Position numbers and translations under genes: made by a program | Shown: positions 48,300 to 57,233 of the stretch, piece by piece | How positions within the stretch are numbered: the first letter of the stretch is position 1 | How the letters are laid out: every line of letters starts with the position of its first letter | From: Hyphomicrobiaceae bacterium | Lineage (GTDB): Bacteria; Pseudomonadota; Alphaproteobacteria; Rhizobiales; Hyphomicrobiaceae | Direction: 5' to 3' | DNA length: 64,000 nt | Assembly (NCBI GenBank): GCA_035258605.1 | Contig: DATFXD010000160.1 | Location: 78-64,077 of the forward strand | The notes under the pieces: generated by a model | Databases searched by the model: none | Told to the model about the DNA's origin: nothing | What the model saw: only the letters and a program-made list of their open reading frames with translations

Positions 48300-49295
48300 T
48301 CAAGGACCGGCAGCATCGCCGGCCAGCAAGGCCCCGATATAGCCGCTGATGTCGGCGTACCAGACGTTGCCGCCGCGATCGACGGCAACGCTGTAGGGTC
48401 GAGCGTTGGCGCGCGGCAGCCGAAAGGTTTCGACCTTGCCGTCACGCAACCGGCCCAGGCTGGCGTGGCGCACCATGCCGAACCACACCGAGCCATCCGG
48501 GGCCACCGCCAAGCCGCTGAGACCGGCGTTTTCGCTCGCCACCGCGAACTCGCTGAACTCGCCCTGGCGCAGCCGGCCAAGGCGATTGGCGCGGAACTCA
48601 AGGAAGAAAACCGCCCCGTCACCGGCAACCGCGATATCGGTCGGAACCGCGTCGCGTCGCGGCAGATCGATCATCTCCATGCTGCCGCCCGGGGCGATGC
48701 GCACGAGCTTGCTGCCCTTCTGCACCGTCGCCCATACCGTCCCATCGGCGGCGACCGCGACGCCGTAGGGTCCCTCGGCGCCGGCGGCAATGGCGTGCTG
48801 CTTGAAGGTGCCGTTGTTGAGCTCGGTAATGCCGTAACCGGTGACATCGGCAAACCAGACCGACCCATCCGGCGCGACCGCCAGACGACCGAGCCGCACG
48901 ATCGGACTGCCGAGTGCGAACTGCGAGGTCTGCCCGGACGGAGCCATGCGTACGATCGCGCCGGCGGCAAGGTCCGTGTACCAGGCGCTACCATCGGCCG
49001 CGACCGCCAGCCCGAGCGGGTCGAAGTTGGGTCCTGGGGTCGGCAGCCACTCGACGCGCCCGCCCCGCCAGCGGCCGATGGCGTCGGCGTGATCGATGGT
49101 GAACCAGATGCTGCCATCACCAGCGGCGGCGATCGCGATCGGGGCCGCCTGCCGGTCCCGCAACGGGTACTCGAGGAAGCGGGCGGCCGGTGGCTGCAGC
49201 AGCCGCACCCCGGCATAGGTCACAAGCGCAAGTCCGATGACCGTAATCACGGCGATGCCGTACCGGCGGCGGCGCCATTGGGCCCTCTCTGGCAT
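48300..49295 (-). CDS. Membrane-anchored Vgb (streptogramin B lyase, COG4257)-like beta-propeller protein
   Basis: N-terminal TM anchor (RRRRYGIAVITVIGLALVTYAGV) followed by about 7 repeats of the pattern P.G.AVA.DGSVWF......LGR.. seen in Vgb. The ATG overlaps the upstream stop (TGATG). Confidence 0.7.
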   Translation of the reverse strand: MPERAQWRRRRYGIAVITVIGLALVTYAGVRLLQPPAARFLEYPLRDRQAAPIAIAAAGDGSIWFTIDHADAIGRWRGGRVEWLPTPGPNFDPLGLAVAADGSAWYTDLAAGAIVRMAPSGQTSQFALGSPIVRLGRLAVAPDGSVWFADVTGYGITELNNGTFKQHAIAAGAEGPYGVAVAADGTVWATVQKGSKLVRIAPGGSMEMIDLPRRDAVPTDIAVAGDGAVFFLEFRANRLGRLRQGEFSEFAVASENAGLSGLAVAPDGSVWFGMVRHASLGRLRDGKVETFRLPRANARPYSVAVDRGGNVWYADISGYIGALLAGDAAGP

Positions 49296-50422
49296 CAGCG
49301 GGATGCTCCGAGCGCGGATCCGGCACGGCGTGCTAGCCGCCGTGCCACCAGCCCGCCCGCGATCAGCAACAACAGCCACAAGGCGATGCCGCCGGCGAGG
49401 CTGATGCGATCGAGCCGCTTGATGAGGTTGCCACCCTCGATGGCACTGCGCCACACCTCCGCATAGGGCATCAGCGAATAGACGGCATAGACGAGGCCGG
49501 CATCGCCGGGGTCACGGGCGAGCGGCCCAGCCTCGAGATGGATCGGGAGATTGTCCTCCTTCAGGATCCAGCTCTCGCCACCGTTATCGCTGCGATAGAG
49601 GCCGGCGTTGGTGGCCACCAGCAGCACCCTGGCTTCGGCATTGGCGGCAATGCCGCGAACGGCTGTCGCCGGCTCGGGCAGCGCGCGCCCGAGCGCGCGC
49701 CAGGTGGTGCCCAGATCGTCGCTGACATAGATGCGTCCGACATGCGCCGCCCAAACGCGGTTGGCGACCTCGGCATCGGCGAACACGGTATCGGCCGGTG
49801 CCTTGGCCTCGCCCAGGGCCCGCGACTGCCAGCGCCGCCCGCCGTCGGCGCTGGTTTCAATTTGCCCATCGATCACCGCCACGATGATTTCTGGATCGGA
49901 GGCGAGCACGGCCATTCCGGTCATCAGCCTCGGTTGGGGCGGACCGGGAGCGAGCACAAACGTGGCGCCGCCATCAGCGCTGACAAACAGGCGATCGCGG
50001 CCAAGCAGATAGACGCGCTCGGGGGCGCTGCCCAGCGCCACCGCCTTGGCCGGGATGGCGGCGTCGGGCGCCGCTGCCATCGTCCACTGGCCCCCCCGTT
50101 GCCGGAACACGCCGCTACTTGCAGCGCAGATGGCGCCATCGCCGACAAAGGTTGCGGCAAATACCGGACCAAAAATCAGGTCTCGGGCTTCCGCCGCCCA
50201 GCTGAGCCCGCCGTTGCGCGAAACCAGAACACCAAGATCGGTGCCGGCCAGCAGGTGCGACTGGTCCCGGGGATTGATCGCCACCACCAGCGCGGCATTG
50301 AGAAACAGTCCAACGTCGGCGCTGAGCCAGCTGCCGCCGAGATTGCGCGAACGAAACACGCCGCCATAAGAACTGGGATCGTGCGCCCAGCTGCCGGTCG
50401 CCGTCAGCGCTGCCAGCAGCAC
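49295..50422 (-). CDS. BNR/Asp-box repeat beta-propeller protein with C-terminal TM anchor
   Basis: Five Asp-box motifs (SRNGGLSW, SADGGATF, SADGGRRW, SDDLGTTW, SDNGGESW), a signal-like LLLQVLLAALTATGSWA, and a C-terminal TM helix. The 5' end is uncertain: there is no ATG downstream of the MBL stop, and GTG 50422 is the first canonical start. Confidence 0.7.
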   Translation of the reverse strand: MLLAALTATGSWAHDPSSYGGVFRSRNLGGSWLSADVGLFLNAALVVAINPRDQSHLLAGTDLGVLVSRNGGLSWAAEARDLIFGPVFAATFVGDGAICAASSGVFRQRGGQWTMAAAPDAAIPAKAVALGSAPERVYLLGRDRLFVSADGGATFVLAPGPPQPRLMTGMAVLASDPEIIVAVIDGQIETSADGGRRWQSRALGEAKAPADTVFADAEVANRVWAAHVGRIYVSDDLGTTWRALGRALPEPATAVRGIAANAEARVLLVATNAGLYRSDNGGESWILKEDNLPIHLEAGPLARDPGDAGLVYAVYSLMPYAEVWRSAIEGGNLIKRLDRISLAGGIALWLLLLIAGGLVARRLARRAGSALGASR

Positions 50423-50523
50423 CTGCAGCAGGAGCCGATGGAGGAGCAGACGCGGCTTAAGACCACGACCGGCTGCGGGGGATGACCCCCCGCGCCGGCG
50501 CCTTTGCCTGTCGTCGTTTCGGT

Positions 50524-51525
50524 TCAGGGCTTGCGCGACTTCTCGCCGGGTGCCAGGGCGATTTCCGCCATCCGCCCACCGTTCAAGGCCACCCAGGAAT
50601 TCTTGGTGAGTGGATACTTGTCGGTGTAGCTCAATGGCTCGTGGGCAGCGACGCAGTTCTCGTAGCCGCCGGTGATCTTGTAGCACCGCTCGTAGGCGAG
50701 GAATTGCTGCACCGAATCAGTCTGCTGCACATTCGCCACCATCCAGTCGCGAATCGCCTCGTAGGACGAGAACGCATCGGAACCGAACACCAGCTTGCCA
50801 ATGCTGGTCGGCACTTCCAGCAGCTGCGAGCCCGCGGTATGCGCCCGGAAAGCCGGATGGATCACCACGCCCGGGGCGATCTCCATCTCGCCGTCAACCA
50901 CCACCGCCTTGCCCTTGAGGATTTTGCCGTAGACCTCCTCCATCGTCAGCGGCATGTAACCGCACGCCGGCGTGCGGTTGCAGCCACCGGGATCGGAGTT
51001 GATGGCACGGATGTGCTTCTCGGGGTAATTGAGCGCCCACTCAATGGCCGCCAGCTCCTGCTTTTGCACGTAGAGCACGGCGTTGGGAAGGTCGGAGAGC
51101 TGGCCGGCGTGATCCCAATGGGCGTGACCGATGACCGCCTTGGTGACGTCGGCGGCGTTGAAGCCCAGGACCTTGAGCTGCTCGGCGATCGGAGCCCAGT
51201 GGTCCGATCCGGTCATCTTGAGATAGTCCTGCTGCTTCCAGCCGGTATCGTAGAGAATGAGATCGCTACCGCACTTGATCACGCCGACATTCACCGGCAG
51301 GTCGACGGTTGGAATATTGTTGCTGGGGCTATTGCTGCCGGGCACGAAGGCACGGTCGGGCATGAAGGCTCCGAACGGTACTTTCATGAAGCGGCTGCTT
51401 TCGATCAACCAGACCGAGCACACCGGGGCTTGCGCTTGGGCCACCGTGCCGCCGAGCAAGACCAGGACCACAAATGTTGCCACCAACGACGCCATCAGGC
51501 GCAGTCCTATTCCAAGCCTTGTCAT
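50524..51525 (-). CDS. Secreted metallo-beta-lactamase-fold hydrolase (lactonase-like)
   Basis: Signal peptide MTRLGIGLRLMASLVATFVVLVLLGGTVAQAQA and the metal motif GHAHWDHAG. A strong SD (GGGGAGGAAG) lies upstream. Confidence 0.8.
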   Translation of the reverse strand: MTRLGIGLRLMASLVATFVVLVLLGGTVAQAQAPVCSVWLIESSRFMKVPFGAFMPDRAFVPGSNSPSNNIPTVDLPVNVGVIKCGSDLILYDTGWKQQDYLKMTGSDHWAPIAEQLKVLGFNAADVTKAVIGHAHWDHAGQLSDLPNAVLYVQKQELAAIEWALNYPEKHIRAINSDPGGCNRTPACGYMPLTMEEVYGKILKGKAVVVDGEMEIAPGVVIHPAFRAHTAGSQLLEVPTSIGKLVFGSDAFSSYEAIRDWMVANVQQTDSVQQFLAYERCYKITGGYENCVAAHEPLSYTDKYPLTKNSWVALNGGRMAEIALAPGEKSRKP

Positions 51526-51610
51526 TGTCTTCCTCCCCTCAATGCAGGACCTCAGGTAGGTCGTTGCCTTTGCCGAATTTCCTCATTCTTTCCAATCAAT
51601 AGCGGGTCCA

Positions 51611-52114
51611 TCAGTGCGGCTTGTACTGCCCCGGCCAAAGCACCTCGCCCACGCGCAGCAGGTCTTGCGAGGCCTGAACGCTCATGTCGTGGGCATCGTT
51701 CAGGTGCTGACGCTCGCCGTCCCTGGTGAAGGCAAGCATCTCCTGGCTGGCTTTGCGGTAAAGCACCAGCGCATCGACATATTGGCTGTGCACTCGCGAC
51801 AGCGAGGCGGGAACGCGCAAGTCGCGCAGGCGCGGCTCGGCATCACCGAAGAACTGGGCAACCGGCTCGAGCTTGCGTTCGAGCTGCCGAGCGTCGTGAT
51901 TTGCCGTCTCATAGACGATGCCGGCAAAACTCATCGCCACCGCCGATGGGGTGACCTCGCGATGGATCTGCCACAGCGACGCCGCATAGCTTTCCTCTTC
52001 CGCGGTCAGTGCGCGCGGCTCGGGTCGTGGCGAGGTGGTGCTGACCGCATCCTGCCGCTTGGTCGGCCGCAGCTCATGCTGCCAGGCCACAACAACGACG
52101 GTGGCGAGCACCAT
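51611..52114 (-). CDS. Hypothetical membrane-anchored helical protein
   Basis: Hydrophobic N-terminus, with the remainder predicted helical. I recognise no family. The true start may lie upstream (see findings). Confidence 0.5.
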   Translation of the reverse strand: MVLATVVVVAWQHELRPTKRQDAVSTTSPRPEPRALTAEEESYAASLWQIHREVTPSAVAMSFAGIVYETANHDARQLERKLEPVAQFFGDAEPRLRDLRVPASLSRVHSQYVDALVLYRKASQEMLAFTRDGERQHLNDAHDMSVQASQDLLRVGEVLWPGQYKPH

Positions 52115-52291
52115 AACCGTGCTCGCCAGCAGGATTTGCCGAAGGACAGGGACGCCGATCGTTGGGATGGGTGTCTCCTCCCGGCGAACGTGCTGTCAGG
52201 TCATCGAAGCGAGGTTACCTCTGCCGTTGCCGGCTGGTCAACATAACGATTTGCAGGGCTCTGCCGCGTGGCATGCAAAAGGCTGTCGCGA

Positions 52292-53119
52292 TCAATGCGG
52301 GTGCCAGGTAGGACTATCGCTGAATAGGCCGCCGTCGGCGAAACCGATGTCGTAAACCAGGAACAGGCCGAAGACAAAACTGATCAGCCCCGAGGCCACG
52401 CCGAGCTGCCAGTTGAAGCGCGGCAGGTTGACCGCGGTGAAAGCAAAGGGTGCCACCAACAGCAATGTAATCAACATCATACCGCCGATCGTGCCGAGGC
52501 CGAACAAAATGAGGTAGGCGACCGCCAGCATCGGATCGCGGATAATGGTCACAACCAGGAGCGCAATGGCGGCCGATCCGGCCAGGCCATGCACCAGTCC
52601 GACCGCGAACGGACGGAGCCATTGATAGAGCGCCAGTCCGCCGAACCAGCTGTGGTCGAGCACCGCCAGGGGGGTCTCGGCATCGGAGTGACCATGGTCT
52701 TCCGGCCGGTGCCCGTGCGGATGTCGGTGCACATAGTCGCCATGGCTGTGCAGGTGGTCATGCCCCGGCCGGCGGTCGCCACCGCCACGGCCGAGCCCGG
52801 TCAGGGTCACGAGCCCAAGCAGCACCAGCATCACGCCGACCGCGAATTCCATCGACAGACCGAGCCAGGGCGGAATGACAACGCCGAACAGGATGATGGC
52901 GCCGCCGACCAGCATCACCGTAATGGTGTGCCCGACCCCCCAGGCGGCACCGATGAGTAACGATCCGCTGAGCGTGCGTTGCCGGCTGACGATGGTGGCA
53001 ACGGCGATGATGTGATCGGCATCCGTCGCATGTCGCATCCCCAGAAACAGGCCGAGCAACAGCAGGGAGAGGAAATTCGTGGCCCCGTCGATCATGGCGA
53101 CATTGTAGGGCGCTTGCAT
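52292..53119 (-). CDS. NiCoT/NicO-family nickel/cobalt transporter (HoxN/UreH-like)
   Basis: NiCoT signature GMRHATDADHI in TM2, GVGHT, and the His-rich loop GHDHLHSHGDYVHRHPHGHRPEDHGHSD. An alternative ATG lies at 53095. Confidence 0.8.
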   Translation of the reverse strand: MQAPYNVAMIDGATNFLSLLLLGLFLGMRHATDADHIIAVATIVSRQRTLSGSLLIGAAWGVGHTITVMLVGGAIILFGVVIPPWLGLSMEFAVGVMLVLLGLVTLTGLGRGGGDRRPGHDHLHSHGDYVHRHPHGHRPEDHGHSDAETPLAVLDHSWFGGLALYQWLRPFAVGLVHGLAGSAAIALLVVTIIRDPMLAVAYLILFGLGTIGGMMLITLLLVAPFAFTAVNLPRFNWQLGVASGLISFVFGLFLVYDIGFADGGLFSDSPTWHPH

Positions 53120-53714
53120 GCACTTGCCAAAGCTGAAAGCGCGCGGCCGGCACGCGTCGCCGATGCACCAGGTGCGCCGCTATTGCCGCCAAGCGGCTCA
53201 ACGCCTCGCAACGGCCCTCGGAGCGGCGGCTGGCGCCGGGAGGGTTGGGGTGAAATAGTGCGCCCGTTCGGGGCCGTCAGGCCGGCGCCGGCCGGCGGCG
53301 TTGTTTCAAAGCGTGCCCAATGCCGTTGCTGGCTGCGGCAGCCTGCAGCTGGTTTATGATGGGCTACTGCTGCGCCACTTCCGGCACCTGAAACCACCAG
53401 AAGAGCGCGACGCTCCGGGCCAGGGTGTGTGAACACACCGATTTGCTGGTGGCTGCTGCGAGGCTCCGCACTGGCTCGCTACGGCCAATTCTTGTAGCCT
53501 TCGCCGCGGGCGCAAAAAGGGCCGCGGTGGCGCCTCGACCACGTGAGACCGCCGTGACCAAGAGCCTGCCGAGAGTGTGACGAGAGTGCGCTTGGCGGGC
53601 GCGGCGCCGCTGCCACGGCCTGTCCGCCGAGCGACGGGGAGTGACAAGGAAGCCTGCCGCACATGCGGCCAAGAGTCTATCTGATCGGTGCCACCGACGG
53701 CCGAGGAGGAAACT

Positions 53715-55880
53715 ATGAAGCGTACCAGCGGCCTGCCCCTAGTCACCGCAGCCATCTTAATCGCCCTCATGTTCGGGCCGGGCCCCACCGAGGCGCAGCA
53801 AACCCCCGCCCGCCAGATCGCCATCGATGCCGACGACATTGGCGGCGTCGTGCGTGGCCCGAACGGGCCGGAAGCGGGTGTGTGGGTCATCGCCGAGACT
53901 GCTCAGTTGCCCACCAAGTTCGCCAAGATCGTGGTCACCGACGAGGAGGGGCGTTACCTGGTCCCGGACCTGCCGAAGGCCAAGTACCAGGTGTGGGTGC
54001 GCGGCTATGGCCTCGCCGATTCGGCCAAGCTGGAGGCCGAACCAGGTCAGCTGCTCGACCTGACCGCGGTTCCCGCGCCGAGCGAGGCGGCGGCCGCGCG
54101 CGTCTACCCCGCCATCTATTGGTATTCGATGCTGAAGATTCCCGACGCGAGTAAATTCGGCGGCAGCAGCGACATCCCCGAAAAGATCACCCGGAGCGAA
54201 TGGCTGGCGGTGATCAAGAACCGGGCGTGCGTGGGCTGCCATCAGTTGGGACAACTGTCCACGCGTACCATTCCCGCCGCCTTCGGCGAGATCAAATCCG
54301 GGCAAGAGGCCTGGATGCGGCGGGTGCAATCGGGACAGGCCGCACCGTTGATGGTGAACCCGCTGGCCGGCTACCTGGGCGGCGCGCCGTTCAAGTACTT
54401 CGGCGATTGGACCGATCGTATCGCCAACGGCGAACTGCCCCACAGCAAGCCGCCGCGCCCGCAGGGGGCCGAGCGCAACCTCGTCATCACCAGCTGGGAA
54501 TGGGGTGATCCGAAAACCTATCTCCACGACCTGATTTCGTCCGATCGCCGCGATCCCACCGTCAATGCCAATGGTCCCCTACTGGGGTCTCCCGAGTACG
54601 CCAGCGATCTGTTGCCGATCCTCGATCCCAATACGAATAAGGTTACGACCTTCAAAGCGCCGGTGCGCGATCCTGACGCGCCGGAAGCGCTTGGACCCGG
54701 ACACGCGGCGATTGAAAAGCCGATGCAGCCTTCGGCCTATTGGGGCGAGGAGAAGCTGTGGAACTCCAAGGTCAACAACCACAACGCGATGTTCGATCGC
54801 AAGGGTCGCATCTGGTTGGCGGCGGCGTTCCGCGGCCCGAACAATCCAGACTTCTGCAAAGCCGGATCCAACCATCCGTCGGCCAAGTTGTTTCCGCTCG
54901 ACAAGAATTTGCGCCAGCTCGCCATACTCGACCCTAAGACGATGCACTACAGCTTCGTCGACACCTGCTTCGGCTCGCATCACCTGCAGTTCGGCTACGA
55001 TCGTAACGACACCATCTGGACCAGTGGCAGCGGCCAAGTTGCGGGCTGGCTCAATAGCAAGCAGTTCGACGAGACCGGCGATGCGGCCGCGGCGCAGGGT
55101 TGGACCGCCTTCGTGCTTGACACCAATGGCAACGGCAAGCGTGACGACTACACCGAGCCCGGCCAAGCGATGGATGCGGCCAAAGATATGCGTATCACCA
55201 CTGGCTCGGGTCCCTACGCCGTGATGCCAAGCCCGGTTGACGGCAGCATCTGGTACACGGTCGGGGTCTTCGCCGGTCGCGGGGCGGTGCTGCGGCTCGA
55301 TCCTGGCGCCAACCCGCCCGCAACGGCACTGGCCGAGATCTACCACGTGCCAGCTCCAGGCTTCGCGCCGCGAGGCGGCGACATCGACAAACAAGGTGTG
55401 GTTTGGGTGTCGCTCGGCAGCGGCCACATCGGCAGCTTCGATCGCCGCAAATGCAAGGGTCCACTCAACGGCCCGACGGCAACCGGTGATCATTGCCCGG
55501 AAGGGTGGTCGTTCTACCAGTATCCTGGTCCAGGCTTTGAGGGTATCGGCGAGAATAGTGCGGAGGCGAGCTACTACACCTGGGTTGATCAACACAACAC
55601 GCTGGGCCTCGGCGAGGACGTGCCGATTTCGACGGGCAACCTCAATGATGGTCTGATCGCCTTCAAGGACGGCAAGATGCTCGTGCTGCGGGTGCCCTAT
55701 CCGCTCGGCTTTTACGCCAAGGGGCTCGACGGGCGTATCGACGATCCTAAAGCTGGCTGGAAGGGTCGTGGCCTGTGGACCACGAGCGGCGATCGGGCGC
55801 CATGGTTGATGGAAGGGGGTCAGGGCAGCAAGCCGCGTGCCGTGCACTTCCAACTGCGGCCAGATCCTCTGGCACACTGA
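53715..55880 (+). CDS. Secreted CarboxypepD_reg-domain / mono-haem c (CVGCH) / Vgb-like repeat protein
   Basis: Signal peptide MKRTSGLPLVTAAILIALMFGPGPTEA, a carboxypeptidase-regulatory-like fold (GVVRGPNGPEAGVWVIAE...VVTDEEGRYLVPDLPKAKYQVWVRGYG), and one CxxCH site. Later repeats (DGSIWYTVG..., DKQGVVWVSLG.GHIG) resemble Vgb blades. GGAGGA RBS upstream. Confidence 0.75.
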   Translation: MKRTSGLPLVTAAILIALMFGPGPTEAQQTPARQIAIDADDIGGVVRGPNGPEAGVWVIAETAQLPTKFAKIVVTDEEGRYLVPDLPKAKYQVWVRGYGLADSAKLEAEPGQLLDLTAVPAPSEAAAARVYPAIYWYSMLKIPDASKFGGSSDIPEKITRSEWLAVIKNRACVGCHQLGQLSTRTIPAAFGEIKSGQEAWMRRVQSGQAAPLMVNPLAGYLGGAPFKYFGDWTDRIANGELPHSKPPRPQGAERNLVITSWEWGDPKTYLHDLISSDRRDPTVNANGPLLGSPEYASDLLPILDPNTNKVTTFKAPVRDPDAPEALGPGHAAIEKPMQPSAYWGEEKLWNSKVNNHNAMFDRKGRIWLAAAFRGPNNPDFCKAGSNHPSAKLFPLDKNLRQLAILDPKTMHYSFVDTCFGSHHLQFGYDRNDTIWTSGSGQVAGWLNSKQFDETGDAAAAQGWTAFVLDTNGNGKRDDYTEPGQAMDAAKDMRITTGSGPYAVMPSPVDGSIWYTVGVFAGRGAVLRLDPGANPPATALAEIYHVPAPGFAPRGGDIDKQGVVWVSLGSGHIGSFDRRKCKGPLNGPTATGDHCPEGWSFYQYPGPGFEGIGENSAEASYYTWVDQHNTLGLGEDVPISTGNLNDGLIAFKDGKMLVLRVPYPLGFYAKGLDGRIDDPKAGWKGRGLWTTSGDRAPWLMEGGQGSKPRAVHFQLRPDPLAH

Positions 55881-56055
55881 ACGGTAGGGGATGCGGGTCT
55901 TTTGGCCCGCGCTATCACCTGCGCGGGTGAGCGGGCGCTTGTTGGGCCTTCGCGTCGGCGGCGGCTTTCCTATCGATGGCACCAACGCGCCTGGTCTGCG
56001 CGCAGCCTGCGATAACGTGGGGCATTTTTGTCGGCTGGATGAGGCGCAGGCAGCA

Positions 56056-56148
56056 GGGCCACACAGAAATCGTTTTGCGACTGAGGGGGGTGTCGCAACA
56101 CGTAACCGAGCCTGGCGAGGGGGAGAGGCCGAGGATCGGGTGTGGCCC
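56056..56148 (-). ncRNA. Candidate structured small RNA (nested hairpins with C-rich loops if transcribed from the minus strand)
   Basis: A 9-bp closing helix GGGCCACAC (56056-56064) / GTGTGGCCC (56140-56148) encloses the hairpin TTGCGAC-N10-GTCGCAA (56075-56098). On the complement, loops read ACCCCCCUCA and CUCCCCCUC. No convincing ORF covers it. Confidence 0.2.
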
Positions 56149-56656
56149 TGCGCTAACCCGCACCGATGTGACTCGACTTCTACGGTCCAGAGCCTCGCTG
56201 ATCCATCAGGGTAAACGCGCATCCCGCGACGGGAGACTCCCGATCCTCGGGCCGCGCCGCGGCCGCCCCGGCAGGCGTCGTGCCCAAGGGCCGCCCAAAA
56301 AAGCGCCATCCTTGCTCCGCGATCCCGCCGGCGAGGTTGGTCGATCTGGCTTGGACCCCAAGCATCGTCAAATGCGGCTGGTGCCGGCGTTGGGACGCGC
56401 ATTCGAACAGTGGCAATCGGCAACACCGGTGCGCGTTTTCACTCAGATTTCCGCCTTGCCGCCGGAGAGCGCACCGCCCTCGTCCGGTGCCGGCTTGGCC
56501 GTCGGCGTGAGGCGCGGGCATGGGTCTCTCCTTTGCGGTGAGACCAGTGGCCACAAACCCACACCACGTCGGGGAAGCCGCGGCACTGCTGCGCAGGAGC
56601 CGAGGCGAGTGCTAAACTCGACGCCGGTGCGTACAAGAAGCCTTGAGGAGGCCGGT

Positions 56657-56872
56657 ATGGCCACGGCCGGCACAATAGTTTTCGAGGGTAAGATCGCGGT
56701 CGAGATCATCCTGGCCGAGGACGGCCGTTATTATGTCGACACGGCCAGCAGCGTCGACGGAGAGGTCGTGCGCGAGTGGACCGAGGGTCCGTTCGAGACC
56801 GAGGCGAAGGCGCGCGAGTGTTTGGAATGGCAGTACGCTATACCGAGCCTGCAGAAGACGGCCAAGCGCTAG
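56657..56872 (+). CDS. Small hypothetical protein (71 aa)
   Basis: GAGGAGG SD lies 6 nt upstream of the ATG. The sequence is acidic and globular-looking (MATAGTIVFEGKIAVEIILAEDGRYYVDTASSVDGEVVREWTEGPFETEAKARECLEWQY). No family recognised. Confidence 0.5.
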   Translation: MATAGTIVFEGKIAVEIILAEDGRYYVDTASSVDGEVVREWTEGPFETEAKARECLEWQYAIPSLQKTAKR

Positions 56873-57233
56873 AACTACACGCACAAAAGTCATGTCAGGT
56901 CGGCCACGGCACCGCGATGGCCGCGTGACAGCGGCGAACACTCAAGCGCCGGCGACGTGGCCATTAGATTAGACAGCGCAGCAACCACTCCGTATGCGGG
57001 GTTGCATCAGGTATGGTTGGCGGATCTGGGCGTTGCCTGAAGCCCACCGACCAGACACCGCTGCGCCCCACCGCCCCTCACCTTGCGCGCGAGTTGTCGT
57101 GGCCGTCCCCCGAACTCGAGCGTTGCCGTCGGCGTGCGCTTACGGCAATCGTTGGGTATGGCGCGGTTCATGGCATCGCCGCCACTCGCAAAGCATGTAC
57201 AATCCGCGGGCCGCGTGGCGAGCTCGAGGGGTA

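Noticed and set aside
53340-53600. Possible cobalamin riboswitch: a B12-box-like GACCAAGAGCCUGCC and a GCACUGG element on the plus strand near a Ni/Co transporter.
   Set aside because: The core elements (GGUG..AA.UCC, CCCGC.ACUGU, GGGAAGGC) are not recognisable. The partial matches are on the plus strand, whereas the transporter that would be expected to be B12-regulated is on the minus strand. A cmscan is needed before any claim.
56180-56554. Minus-strand ORF whose internal ATG (56520-56522) is preceded by an AGGAGA SD-like sequence.
   Set aside because: The product is Arg/Gly/Ala-rich with no hydrophobic core pattern. The SD-like sequence is more probably part of the hairpin GGTCTC...GAGACC.
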